This document shows positions 50,292 to 58,504 of a DNA stretch of 64,000 nucleotides, in pieces; the stretch's first letter is position 1, and every line of letters begins with the position of its first letter. The DNA is from Verrucomicrobiota bacterium (lineage in GTDB: Bacteria > Verrucomicrobiota > Verrucomicrobiia > Limisphaerales > Palsa-1400). The stretch spans positions 4,637 through 68,636 of the forward strand of contig JBEKVM010000011.1 in assembly GCA_049513975.1 (NCBI GenBank), given 5' to 3'. A program made the position numbers and the translations under genes. The notes beneath the pieces are model-generated. The model was not told where the DNA came from and made no database searches. It saw only the letters and a list, made by a program, of their open reading frames with translations.

Positions 50292-51245
50292 TCAAGTGAG
50301 GAGGTTTTCCAGGAGGAGCAGGGCGGTGTGCCGGACCTGTTCCGATTGAGTTTCCAGCAGGCGATAGCTGGCGGTCCAGCCCGCCCGCGTTCCGTGGCGT
50401 TCGCGCCAGAGGGTTTTGAGGACACGTTCGGTGCGTTCAACTTGTTGGATGGCTGAGGTGAGACTCTCGCGCCCTTCCGGCAGGTCGGAGATGTCGCCGA
50501 CCAGAAACCGGCTGATCTGCTTGCGGCCGAACACGGCATGCAACAGCGTCACCACCGTCTGTTCGTAGGCATACCAGCGGCGGTGGAGCAACTCGCCCAG
50601 AAAGTCGTGGCGCAGGGCGAAGAACTCTGATCGCGGCCGCTCGGTGTATTGGCGAATCTCCCGCGCCTCGGCCGGAAACCAGGTGTAGAGCAGGGCAAAG
50701 GTGCCGTAGGTGTCAATCAATTGCTTGGGATTGTTGTGGTCGGTGGCAATCTCGCCCACGCAGACATCCTGACCCAGCTCGGCGCAGATTTCGGGAAGAT
50801 CATGCAGCCGCCCCAGCACCCGCCTTCCCGCCTCGCTGCCGTAATTGAAATCGCCCGGAATCAGCCAATAGACATCGTCCGGTTTGCCCCTCTCAAACGC
50901 CAGCCCAAGACCGCAATACCACATCTGGCAGGTGTCCACGCACCACGCATCCACCAGGTCCGAATGCCGGGCGGCGACGCCGTCGCGAAACGGCAGGTAG
51001 CGCTTGTCCCGCAGGGCGGCGGCATGGGTCTTCCGGTCAATGACCGTGATGGGACGCGCATAAGTCTGCTGGCGCGAGTCCAGTTCGGCGACCAGACGGT
51101 ACAATTCCCGGATGTTGGCGTAATCATCCAGGGGCCGGAACGGATAAATGACCACGGGATGAATGAGGGCCGGCTTGGCCGCCCTGGACGGGGTTTGGGC
51201 GGCTGCGGAAACCCGGGCTTTCCTGCGGTGCTCGTTCTTCTTCAT
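50292..51245 (-). CDS. Hypothetical protein (no family recognised)
   Basis: The 317 aa ORF is non-repetitive. Trimmed to the ATG at 51245 (MKKNEHRRKARV..). Confidence 0.55.
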   Translation of the reverse strand: MKKNEHRRKARVSAAAQTPSRAAKPALIHPVVIYPFRPLDDYANIRELYRLVAELDSRQQTYARPITVIDRKTHAAALRDKRYLPFRDGVAARHSDLVDAWCVDTCQMWYCGLGLAFERGKPDDVYWLIPGDFNYGSEAGRRVLGRLHDLPEICAELGQDVCVGEIATDHNNPKQLIDTYGTFALLYTWFPAEAREIRQYTERPRSEFFALRHDFLGELLHRRWYAYEQTVVTLLHAVFGRKQISRFLVGDISDLPEGRESLTSAIQQVERTERVLKTLWRERHGTRAGWTASYRLLETQSEQVRHTALLLLENLLT

Positions 51246-51536
51246 CGGCCCATCATGCCGGATTGGCCGGAAAATTCCAAATGCTTTTGCCGGCGGATGG
51301 CCGCACGGGCCACGCGGAAGACGGCTAATGAAAACACTGAATTGCCAATGACAAATACTCAATGGAAAATTCCCGATTTCCGGTCGCGAGCGCTACCACA
51401 TGGATTCTCAGAATTAAAAATTGAGGATTGAAAATTGGTCATTGGCAATTAAAACGCCCTCTCGACAAAGGTGAGATGCGCCTCGCTCTTGGTGTTCTGC
51501 CACAACCCCCTTGCGGGACGGAGCGGTCTGTGGTAA

Positions 51537-53660
51537 TTGAAACCTCATCCCATGAAAACGAAATTCCCGGTTCTCATTCTCGCGCTGGTGGTCTCCTCGG
51601 GTTTTTCTGCCGATGCCGCGCCGGCGGTCGCCCAGTCCGAATCCAACGCCGCCGTGAGCATCACCGACAACGGCCGCACCTGGACGCTCGACAACGGCAT
51701 CGTCAAAGCGACGATCAACAAGTTCAACGGCAACCTGTCGTCGCTCCTCTATCACGGCATCGAGACCATGGGCGGCGGGGGATACTGGGAGCAAACCCCG
51801 CAGGAGGCGCCCCAACTGACCCAAACGCTCACGATTGACCCGGCGAAAAACGGCGGGCTGCGCGCCGAAGTCGCCGTCAAGGGCGTCACCGGCGGCACCG
51901 TCATGCTGACGCCCGGCGCGCCCGGCGGCGGAACGTACTGCGACATCGAAGTTCGCTACGCGATGGGCCGCGGCGAAAGCGGCATTTACGCCTGCGCTAT
52001 TTTCTCCCACCCGGCTGGCTACGGCGCGATGGGCGTGGGCGAAAGCCGCTACATCACCAAGCTCAGCAAGATCTTTGACTGGATTTCGGTGGACGCGGAC
52101 CGCAACATGCTCGAATGCACGCCCCAGGATTGGGGTGCGGGCATCCAAATCCACGCCAAGGAACAGCGGATCTTGAGCACCGGCATTTACAAAAACTCCG
52201 TCGAGCACAAATACAGCTACACGGCGGTGCAATACAAAATCCCCGCTTTCGGCTGGTCGAGCACCACGCATCATGTCGGCGTGTGGTTCATCAATCCGAC
52301 CATTGAATTTCTCAGTGGCGGCGCATCCAAGCAGGAACTGGTCTGCCATTTTGACGCCAATGACAACCCGGACCCGATCATCCTCGATTACTGGCGCGGG
52401 ACCCATTACGGGGGCGGGGCGGCCTGCAACCTCCGCGCCGGGGAAGAGTGGAGCAAGGTCATCGGCCCGATCTTTGTCTATTGCAACGCCCTGGCCGACC
52501 CCAAAGTCCCCTCCCAGGCCGGCCTCGCCACCCTGGCTGCCACCGCCGGCAACCCCTCCGTGCCTGCCGCCTGGCAGGACAACGCGACGGCTTTGTGGCA
52601 GGACGCCCTCAGCCAGGCAAAAAAAGAAAGAGCCTTGTGGCCCTACGACTGGGTCAACGGCGTGGACTACCCGCACCGGGAGGGGCGCGGGACTGTGACC
52701 GGCCAAATCGTGCTCAACGACCCGCAGGCGGCCACGACCAAGCTGCCCAATCTGACCGTGGGCCTGGCCCATCCGGATTATTCCGGCGGTGGCAGGCGCG
52801 GCGGCGGGTTGGTGGACTGGGCGCACGACGCCAAGTTCTACCAGTTCTGGAACGACGGGAGCGAGGACGGCAAATTCACCATTCCCAACGTCCGCCCCGG
52901 CACTTACACGCTGCATGCGTTTGCCGACGGCGTGCTGGGTGAATTCGTCCAGACCAACATCACCGTCCAGGCCGGCAAGACGGTGAACCTGGACAGAATG
53001 GAGTGGAAGCCCCTGCGCTACGGCAGGCAGGTCTGGGACATCGGCTACCCCGACCGCACCGGCGGCAAATTCTACAAGGGCGACGGCGCGAACTACTGGC
53101 TCTGGGGCTGGGGTCTGCGCTATGGCGACCTGTTCCCCAACGACATCACCTACACCATCGGCAAAAGCGATTACCGCAAGGACTGGTTCTTTGAGCAGGT
53201 GCCGCACGCACTGTCCGACGCCTGGATCAATCCTCAAGCCAAGGATCCGCTCAATCAGCGCTTCGGCTGGGTCAAGGTTCAGGGATCGGACACTTGGAGA
53301 TCCATCGGCCAAGGCCGGGCGACTACCTGGACCATTAAATTCGACATGGACAAAACACCCAAGGGCCAGGCGGCCCTGCGCGTGGCCCTGGCCGGCGCCG
53401 ACGGCATGGGCGGGCTGGCCGTAGCTGTCAACGGCCAGAGCGCCGGCGCCATCCGGCCGACGCCTACCAACGCCCTGCGCTATAACACCGACAAGAGCGT
53501 CTGGCAGGAATGTGTCCTGACCTTCGGCGCCGCGCTGCTGAAGCAGGGCGAAAACGAAATGCAGCTCACTGTGCCTGCCGGGGAAGTCACCTCCGGCGTC
53601 GTTTACGACTACCTGCGGCTCGAACTCAACGAGGATTACAAACCCGGCGGCGCGCAGTAA
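51537..53660 (+). CDS. Rhamnogalacturonan lyase, polysaccharide lyase family 4, secreted
   Basis: ..DNGIVKATINKFNGNLSSLLYHGIE.. and ..IPNVRPGTYTLHAFADGVLGEF...WDIGYPDRTGGKF...YTIGKSDYRKDWFFEQV match the PL4 domain I-III signatures as I recall them. The start may be the ATG at 51552. Confidence 0.75.
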   Translation: MKPHPMKTKFPVLILALVVSSGFSADAAPAVAQSESNAAVSITDNGRTWTLDNGIVKATINKFNGNLSSLLYHGIETMGGGGYWEQTPQEAPQLTQTLTIDPAKNGGLRAEVAVKGVTGGTVMLTPGAPGGGTYCDIEVRYAMGRGESGIYACAIFSHPAGYGAMGVGESRYITKLSKIFDWISVDADRNMLECTPQDWGAGIQIHAKEQRILSTGIYKNSVEHKYSYTAVQYKIPAFGWSSTTHHVGVWFINPTIEFLSGGASKQELVCHFDANDNPDPIILDYWRGTHYGGGAACNLRAGEEWSKVIGPIFVYCNALADPKVPSQAGLATLAATAGNPSVPAAWQDNATALWQDALSQAKKERALWPYDWVNGVDYPHREGRGTVTGQIVLNDPQAATTKLPNLTVGLAHPDYSGGGRRGGGLVDWAHDAKFYQFWNDGSEDGKFTIPNVRPGTYTLHAFADGVLGEFVQTNITVQAGKTVNLDRMEWKPLRYGRQVWDIGYPDRTGGKFYKGDGANYWLWGWGLRYGDLFPNDITYTIGKSDYRKDWFFEQVPHALSDAWINPQAKDPLNQRFGWVKVQGSDTWRSIGQGRATTWTIKFDMDKTPKGQAALRVALAGADGMGGLAVAVNGQSAGAIRPTPTNALRYNTDKSVWQECVLTFGAALLKQGENEMQLTVPAGEVTSGVVYDYLRLELNEDYKPGGAQ

Positions 53661-53707
53661 GGTGTCATCGCCGGGTAGTGGTCAAGGTGACTGACAAGTA
53701 TTGCCCT

Positions 53708-55558
53708 ATGAAATCTTTCTTCGTAACGGCCCTCGTGGCCGCCGCCATTCCCCTGGCCGCCCAGGATTCCCGCACCAATGTCATCATCCGGGCCGAACCG
53801 CTTTCGGGCGGGCGCGTCGAACCCACCTTGTTCGGCAACTTTATGGAATTGCTGGATGACGTTGTGCCCGGATCGTGGGCCGAGTTGTTGAACGACCGGT
53901 CTTTTGCCGGAGTCCTCCCGGCGGCGGACTGGGTGTACTACGACGGCTCCCTGGATATTTGCGACCGCCAGTGGGACACCAACCGCACCTGGAGCTACGA
54001 CACCAACAACCCCTTCAACGGGAAACGTTGCGCCAAACTCACGGCCGGCCCCAGCCCGGCCAGCCTGACCCAATCGGGCCTGTCGGCGCGAAAAGGCATG
54101 GATTACAGCTTCTCGACCTATCTGCGCGGGGACAACGGGATCAAAGTCACCGTCCTGCTCAAGGCCCTGCTGCCGGGCGGAGAATGGCTTGCCCTGGCTT
54201 CGGCCAGGCTTCCCCCGCCTTCGTCAGAATGGCAAAAGTACTCGATCAAAATGACCTGCAACGGCCAGGCCGACCGCGCGGTCTTCGAGCTGCGCGCCGA
54301 AGGCCAGGGCCGCCTCTGGGTCAACAAACTGTCCCTCATGCCCGGCGACAACCGAAACGGCTGGCGGGCGGATGTGGTGAAAGCAATCAAGGAAATCCGT
54401 CCCGGCATCCTCCGCTGGGGCGGCTCGACCGTGGATCCCGGCCATTACCGCTGGAAAAATGGCATCGGCGACCGCGACCGGCGCACACCCTGGCCCAATG
54501 AGAATTGGGGCCGAATGGACCCGGATGACGTGGGGATGGACGAATTCTGCCAATTCTGCGAACTGACCGCCGCCGAACCGCTCATCTGCGTCAGCTTTGC
54601 CGATGGCGCCCAAAGCGCGCACGACTTGGTGGAGTATTGCAACGGAGATGCCCGGACCGCCTGGGGCGCCAAACGCGCGGCCAACGGCCATGCCAGCGCC
54701 TACCATGTCAAGTATTGGGAAATCGGCAACGAGATCAGCGGCAGCGACGCCAACTATTTGGATCAATTCCCCGGCTTCATCCAGGCGATCCGCTCCGCCG
54801 ACCCCGGGGCGCGGATCATGACTTCCTATCCCTCGCAACAGTTGCTGGACCGGGTGGGGCGGGAGGTTGATTTTGTTTGCCCGCACCACTACACGACCGA
54901 TCTCAAGGAGTGCGAGTTGGACTTCACCCGGATTGGGGAGATGATAGACCGGACCCCCGGCTGTTCCCGCATCCAGATGGCTGTGACGGAATGGAACATT
55001 GACGCCGGGGCGTGGGGCCTGGGCCGCGCCCGGCAATCCACCCTCCTGGCGGCCCTGGAAAACGCCCGCTATCTCAACTTGATGATGCGGTACTCGGACA
55101 AGGTCAAGATTGCCAACCGGTCCAATCTGGCCAACAGTTATTGTGGCGCGACCATTCTGACCGCCGCCTCCGGCACCGGCGTCCTGCGGCAGCCCAGCCA
55201 TTATGTCATGAAACTCTATTCCCTCCATGCCAAACCGGTGCCGCTGGGGGTGGAGCGCTCTGACAACCGGTTGGACCTCTTCGCCTGCGCTTCGGATGAC
55301 AAGAAATCCGCCGTGGTTTTCGCCGTCAATCCGACGCGCAACCCGCTGCCACTCGTTCTGGGCTTCGGCGCCTTCGACCCGGCCCCCCGCGTCGTCAGCG
55401 CCGAGACGGTGTGCGATGTTCTGAACCTGCGCCAGCCCGACGTGGAGAACCATTGGCAGGAGCCTGAAAGGGTCAGGATGGTCAGTTTGCCCGTTACCGA
55501 AGGCGCGGTCCTGCTGCCGCCCTTTTCCGCCACGGCGATTGAGTGTGCGGTGAATTAA
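53708..55558 (+). CDS. GH51-like alpha-L-arabinofuranosidase, secreted
   Basis: MKSFFVTALVAAAIPLAAQ signal peptide, then ..GILRWGGSTVDPGHYRWKNGIGDRDRR.., ..YWEIGNEISG.. and ..MAVTEWNI.. Confidence 0.7.
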   Translation: MKSFFVTALVAAAIPLAAQDSRTNVIIRAEPLSGGRVEPTLFGNFMELLDDVVPGSWAELLNDRSFAGVLPAADWVYYDGSLDICDRQWDTNRTWSYDTNNPFNGKRCAKLTAGPSPASLTQSGLSARKGMDYSFSTYLRGDNGIKVTVLLKALLPGGEWLALASARLPPPSSEWQKYSIKMTCNGQADRAVFELRAEGQGRLWVNKLSLMPGDNRNGWRADVVKAIKEIRPGILRWGGSTVDPGHYRWKNGIGDRDRRTPWPNENWGRMDPDDVGMDEFCQFCELTAAEPLICVSFADGAQSAHDLVEYCNGDARTAWGAKRAANGHASAYHVKYWEIGNEISGSDANYLDQFPGFIQAIRSADPGARIMTSYPSQQLLDRVGREVDFVCPHHYTTDLKECELDFTRIGEMIDRTPGCSRIQMAVTEWNIDAGAWGLGRARQSTLLAALENARYLNLMMRYSDKVKIANRSNLANSYCGATILTAASGTGVLRQPSHYVMKLYSLHAKPVPLGVERSDNRLDLFACASDDKKSAVVFAVNPTRNPLPLVLGFGAFDPAPRVVSAETVCDVLNLRQPDVENHWQEPERVRMVSLPVTEGAVLLPPFSATAIECAVN

Positions 55559-55718
55559 CGGAGCTGCAACGCCCGCCAGCAGGGCAACATTTCAACCAGG
55601 ACAGAGGCATGTTTATCACGGCGGCAGGTGATGCGGGCCGCGAGGCGCGGCCCGCTGCACGCGAGGGCGCATGCGCTCAACGAAAACAGGAAATATCCGA
55701 TGGCTCTGCGCTGACTTT

Positions 55719-56795
55719 TCAGCTCTTCTTCAACTGCCCCGCAATGACTTCCCAGCGGTGCAGGCCGCGGCCCAGCTCCTGCGGCCAGCTTTCCTCCGTG
55801 CAGGTCATGAAGACCTGGCTGCGGGCGTGTTGCGCGCGGTCCAGCAAGGGCAGAAAGGCGGCGCGCCGTCTGGCGTCCAGCTCGCCCATGACGTCATCAA
55901 TCAATAAAATCGGCGGCACGCCGTGGATGTCGGTCAGGTATTCCGCCTGGGTCAGCTTCAAGGCGATGGCGATGGAGCGCTTTTGCCCTTCGCTGGCGAA
56001 TTTGGCGGCCGATTTTCCGTCCAGCCGCAACTGCAATTCGTCCCGATGCGGCCCGATGAGGGTGGAGCGAAACACCCGTTCGCGCGCGCGGTTGCGCGCC
56101 AGTTCCACGGCGAAATCGTGCTTGACGGAGGGCAGGTATTCCAGTTCCAGCGGCTCGGCGGAGCGGGCCACCCGGGCGTAGGCTTGGCGGGCCAATCCCG
56201 CCACGCGGGGGAGCAGTTCGCGGCGAAAATCCATGATTTGTTGCCCCGCCTCGATCAATTCGTGGGTGAACCCTTCCAGGGCGGCTTCGTCAACAAAACG
56301 CTGGCGCAGCAGGGCGTTGCGCGAGCGCACGGCGCGGGCGTAGCGTTGGAGGACGGGCAGATAGACGGCGTGGGTGTGGGCCAGGAGCAAATCCATGAAG
56401 CGCCGCCGCAGGCGGGCCACGCCCTTGACCAGTTGCAAATCCTCGGTGCAAAAAACCACCGCGCGCACCACGCCCAGGTAGTCGCCCAGTTTGCGCACCG
56501 GCTGGGCGTCCAGGGAAAGTTTGCGTTGGGCCGGCGACCAGTAAATCTTGATGTCGTGTTCGGCCTGGGAGGAAACGGTGGCGCTGACAAAGTAACCCTT
56601 TTGGCCGTGGCGGACCATTTGCGCGCCGCCCACGCCGCGGAAGGAGCGCAGGGTGGCGAGCAAATAAATGGCTTCGAGCAGGTTGGTCTTGCCCTGGGCG
56701 TTGTCGCCCAGCAACAAGTGGAACCCGGCGGGAAAATCGGCGTCCAACCGCGCGTAATTGCGGAAGTCGCGAAGCCTCAAATGAAGCAAATGCAC
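55719..56795 (-). CDS. recF: DNA replication/repair protein RecF
   Basis: MHLLHLRLRDFRNYARLDADFPAGFHLLLGDNAQGKTNLLEAIY.. and ..ILLIDDVMGELD.. Confidence 0.92.
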   Translation of the reverse strand: MHLLHLRLRDFRNYARLDADFPAGFHLLLGDNAQGKTNLLEAIYLLATLRSFRGVGGAQMVRHGQKGYFVSATVSSQAEHDIKIYWSPAQRKLSLDAQPVRKLGDYLGVVRAVVFCTEDLQLVKGVARLRRRFMDLLLAHTHAVYLPVLQRYARAVRSRNALLRQRFVDEAALEGFTHELIEAGQQIMDFRRELLPRVAGLARQAYARVARSAEPLELEYLPSVKHDFAVELARNRARERVFRSTLIGPHRDELQLRLDGKSAAKFASEGQKRSIAIALKLTQAEYLTDIHGVPPILLIDDVMGELDARRRAAFLPLLDRAQHARSQVFMTCTEESWPQELGRGLHRWEVIAGQLKKS

Positions 56796-56841
56796 AGCCC
56801 CGGCAGTCTAAGCTGGCGCGGGCAAAGTTGAAAGACTTTTG

Positions 56842-57087
56842 CTACCGGAGCCTCTGCGTGGAATACTTTTTGAGCTGGGCGTCGTCCCCCGCGCTGGCCG
56901 GGTAGCTGACGTCGTTGATGGGGTCCTTGAATTTAACGACCACCAAGGCCAGGGGCAGGTTTTGCTGGCGGCAAAAATCCTCCGCTTGCGCCACATTGCC
57001 GAATTCGGTGGCGTGATTCTCGTCCACATCCCAGTCGTCCCCGCTGAAGTAGGCCCTGCTCTCCGGGTTTTGAATCAAAATACGCAT
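56842..57087 (-). CDS. Small hypothetical protein (81 aa) upstream of recF
   Basis: Supported only by a clean, non-repetitive ORF. Confidence 0.4.
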   Translation of the reverse strand: MRILIQNPESRAYFSGDDWDVDENHATEFGNVAQAEDFCRQQNLPLALVVVKFKDPINDVSYPASAGDDAQLKKYSTQRLR

Positions 57088-57297
57088 CTAATGAATTATC
57101 GGCATTGTAGGGGATTCCATTAGGGGATTACAAGGAAAACTTACATTACAAACTTGTCATTATTGTCCCTTATTATTCTCCGCGACCGCTTTCGCCCCCC
57201 GAACCCAAACCCGGCCGGGGCAAAATGTTGCCGAAATAGTGCTTGAATTGGCCGCCGGCAACGATTACCTTCCCCCGCTCTTAGCGAAAGAATATTT

Positions 57298-57576
57298 ATG
57301 TCCAGAATCTGTGAGTTAACCGGTACCCGCCCGATCAAGGGCAGCCATATATGGCGTAGTGGCAAGGCCAAGAAAAAAGGCGGCATCGGCATGCACATCA
57401 CCGCCACCACCAAGCGCCGTTTCATCCCCAATCTCCAGCGGGTCAAGGCCGTGATTGACGGCGAAGTGCGCTACATCAGCGTGACCGCCAAGGCTCTGAA
57501 AAAAGGGCTGATCACCAAAGCCCCCAGGCGTCGCTGGACCAAGGACGCGCCCGCGCCCGCGCCCGCCGCCGGGTAA
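57298..57576 (+). CDS. rpmB: 50S ribosomal protein L28
   Basis: MSRICELTGTRPIKGSHIWRSGKAKKKGGIG...RRFIPNLQ.. Confidence 0.9.
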   Translation: MSRICELTGTRPIKGSHIWRSGKAKKKGGIGMHITATTKRRFIPNLQRVKAVIDGEVRYISVTAKALKKGLITKAPRRRWTKDAPAPAPAAG

Positions 57577-57592
57577 GGCCTGGCGCCCGGTT

Positions 57593-58048
57593 TCACTTCC
57601 GTTTGAGCCGGTGCATGGTGGCGCGCTTCAATTCGCGGTCCATTTCCCGCTCCTTGATGTCGTCGCGCTTGTCAAATTCCACCTTCCCCTTGCCGACGCC
57701 CAAGGCCACTTTGACCTTGCCATTTTTCCAGTAAAGGGAAAGCGGCACCAGGGCATGGCCTTTGACCGCGGCCAGGGCGGAGAGCTTGCGAATTTCCGAT
57801 TTGTGCAGGAGGAGCTTGCGGGGGGCTTTTGGCTCGTGGCCGAAGCGGTTGGCCGGGGTGTATTCGTCAATGTGGGCGTTATAGAGCCAGACCTCCTCCT
57901 TTTCCACCCGGGCAAAGGCGTCGCCAATTTGCGCTTTGCCGGCCCGCAGGGCCTTGACCTCGGACCCATGCAGGACCAGGCCCGCCTCGTAGGTTTCTAA
58001 AATGTGATAATCGCGCCGGGCTTTGGAATTGTGCAAAATTTCGGCCAT
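57593..58048 (-). CDS. smpB: SsrA-binding protein SmpB
   Basis: ..NSKARRDYHILETYEAGLVLHGSEVKALR.. and ..KLLLHKSEIRKL.. Confidence 0.95.
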   Translation of the reverse strand: MAEILHNSKARRDYHILETYEAGLVLHGSEVKALRAGKAQIGDAFARVEKEEVWLYNAHIDEYTPANRFGHEPKAPRKLLLHKSEIRKLSALAAVKGHALVPLSLYWKNGKVKVALGVGKGKVEFDKRDDIKEREMDRELKRATMHRLKRK

Positions 58049-58095
58049 AACGGATAGCGGCCCTTCCGCCCGGAATGGGGCCGCCGGACCCGGCG

Positions 58096-58350
58096 TCAGG
58101 CGCGACGGCGTTTCTTGGGGGCGGGCTGCGCATCTTCTTCGGTCGCGCTGGATACTTCAAAATCCATTTTCCCCTCGATCAACTCCACCAGGGCAACGTC
58201 GGCGATGCCCATGCCGGGGGACTGCTCGATCAACGGCCGGCCACTGCTGCCGCCGCCGGTCAGTTGGCGGACGCGCCGGGAGATGATGTTCACCAAAACG
58301 TTGGGGTTTCCAACCTTGGCCATTGCTTGTTTGACGTATTCGCTGTTCAC
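58096..58350 (-). CDS. rpoZ: RNA polymerase subunit omega
   Basis: ..NPNVLVNIISRRVRQL.. and ..IADVALVELIEGKM.. Confidence 0.8.
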   Translation of the reverse strand: MNSEYVKQAMAKVGNPNVLVNIISRRVRQLTGGGSSGRPLIEQSPGMGIADVALVELIEGKMDFEVSSATEEDAQPAPKKRRRA

Positions 58351-58504
58351 GGGTCGTGCAAACTAACCGTTCTCCGCAGGAACGCAATGATAAAATCGCA
58401 AAATGCGGCGGAAATTCTGTTGTGGCAATGGATTCTTCTGTTAAAACCACTGGTCATGTCCGCCGCCATCGCGCTATTCTAGCTCAACCGAAGGAAGCCT
58501 TGCC

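Noticed and set aside
55633-55655. 10 bp perfect GC hairpin (GCGGGCCGCG-AGG-CGCGGCCCGC) between the convergent GH51 and recF genes, considered as a terminator
   Set aside because: There is no U-tract on either strand. It may still act as a bidirectional stop or a REP-like element, but I cannot support calling it a terminator.
57088-58504. tmRNA (ssrA) gene next to smpB
   Set aside because: The flanking spacers (about 210 and about 150 nt) are too short, and they lack a tRNA-Ala-like acceptor/T-arm and a tag reading frame.
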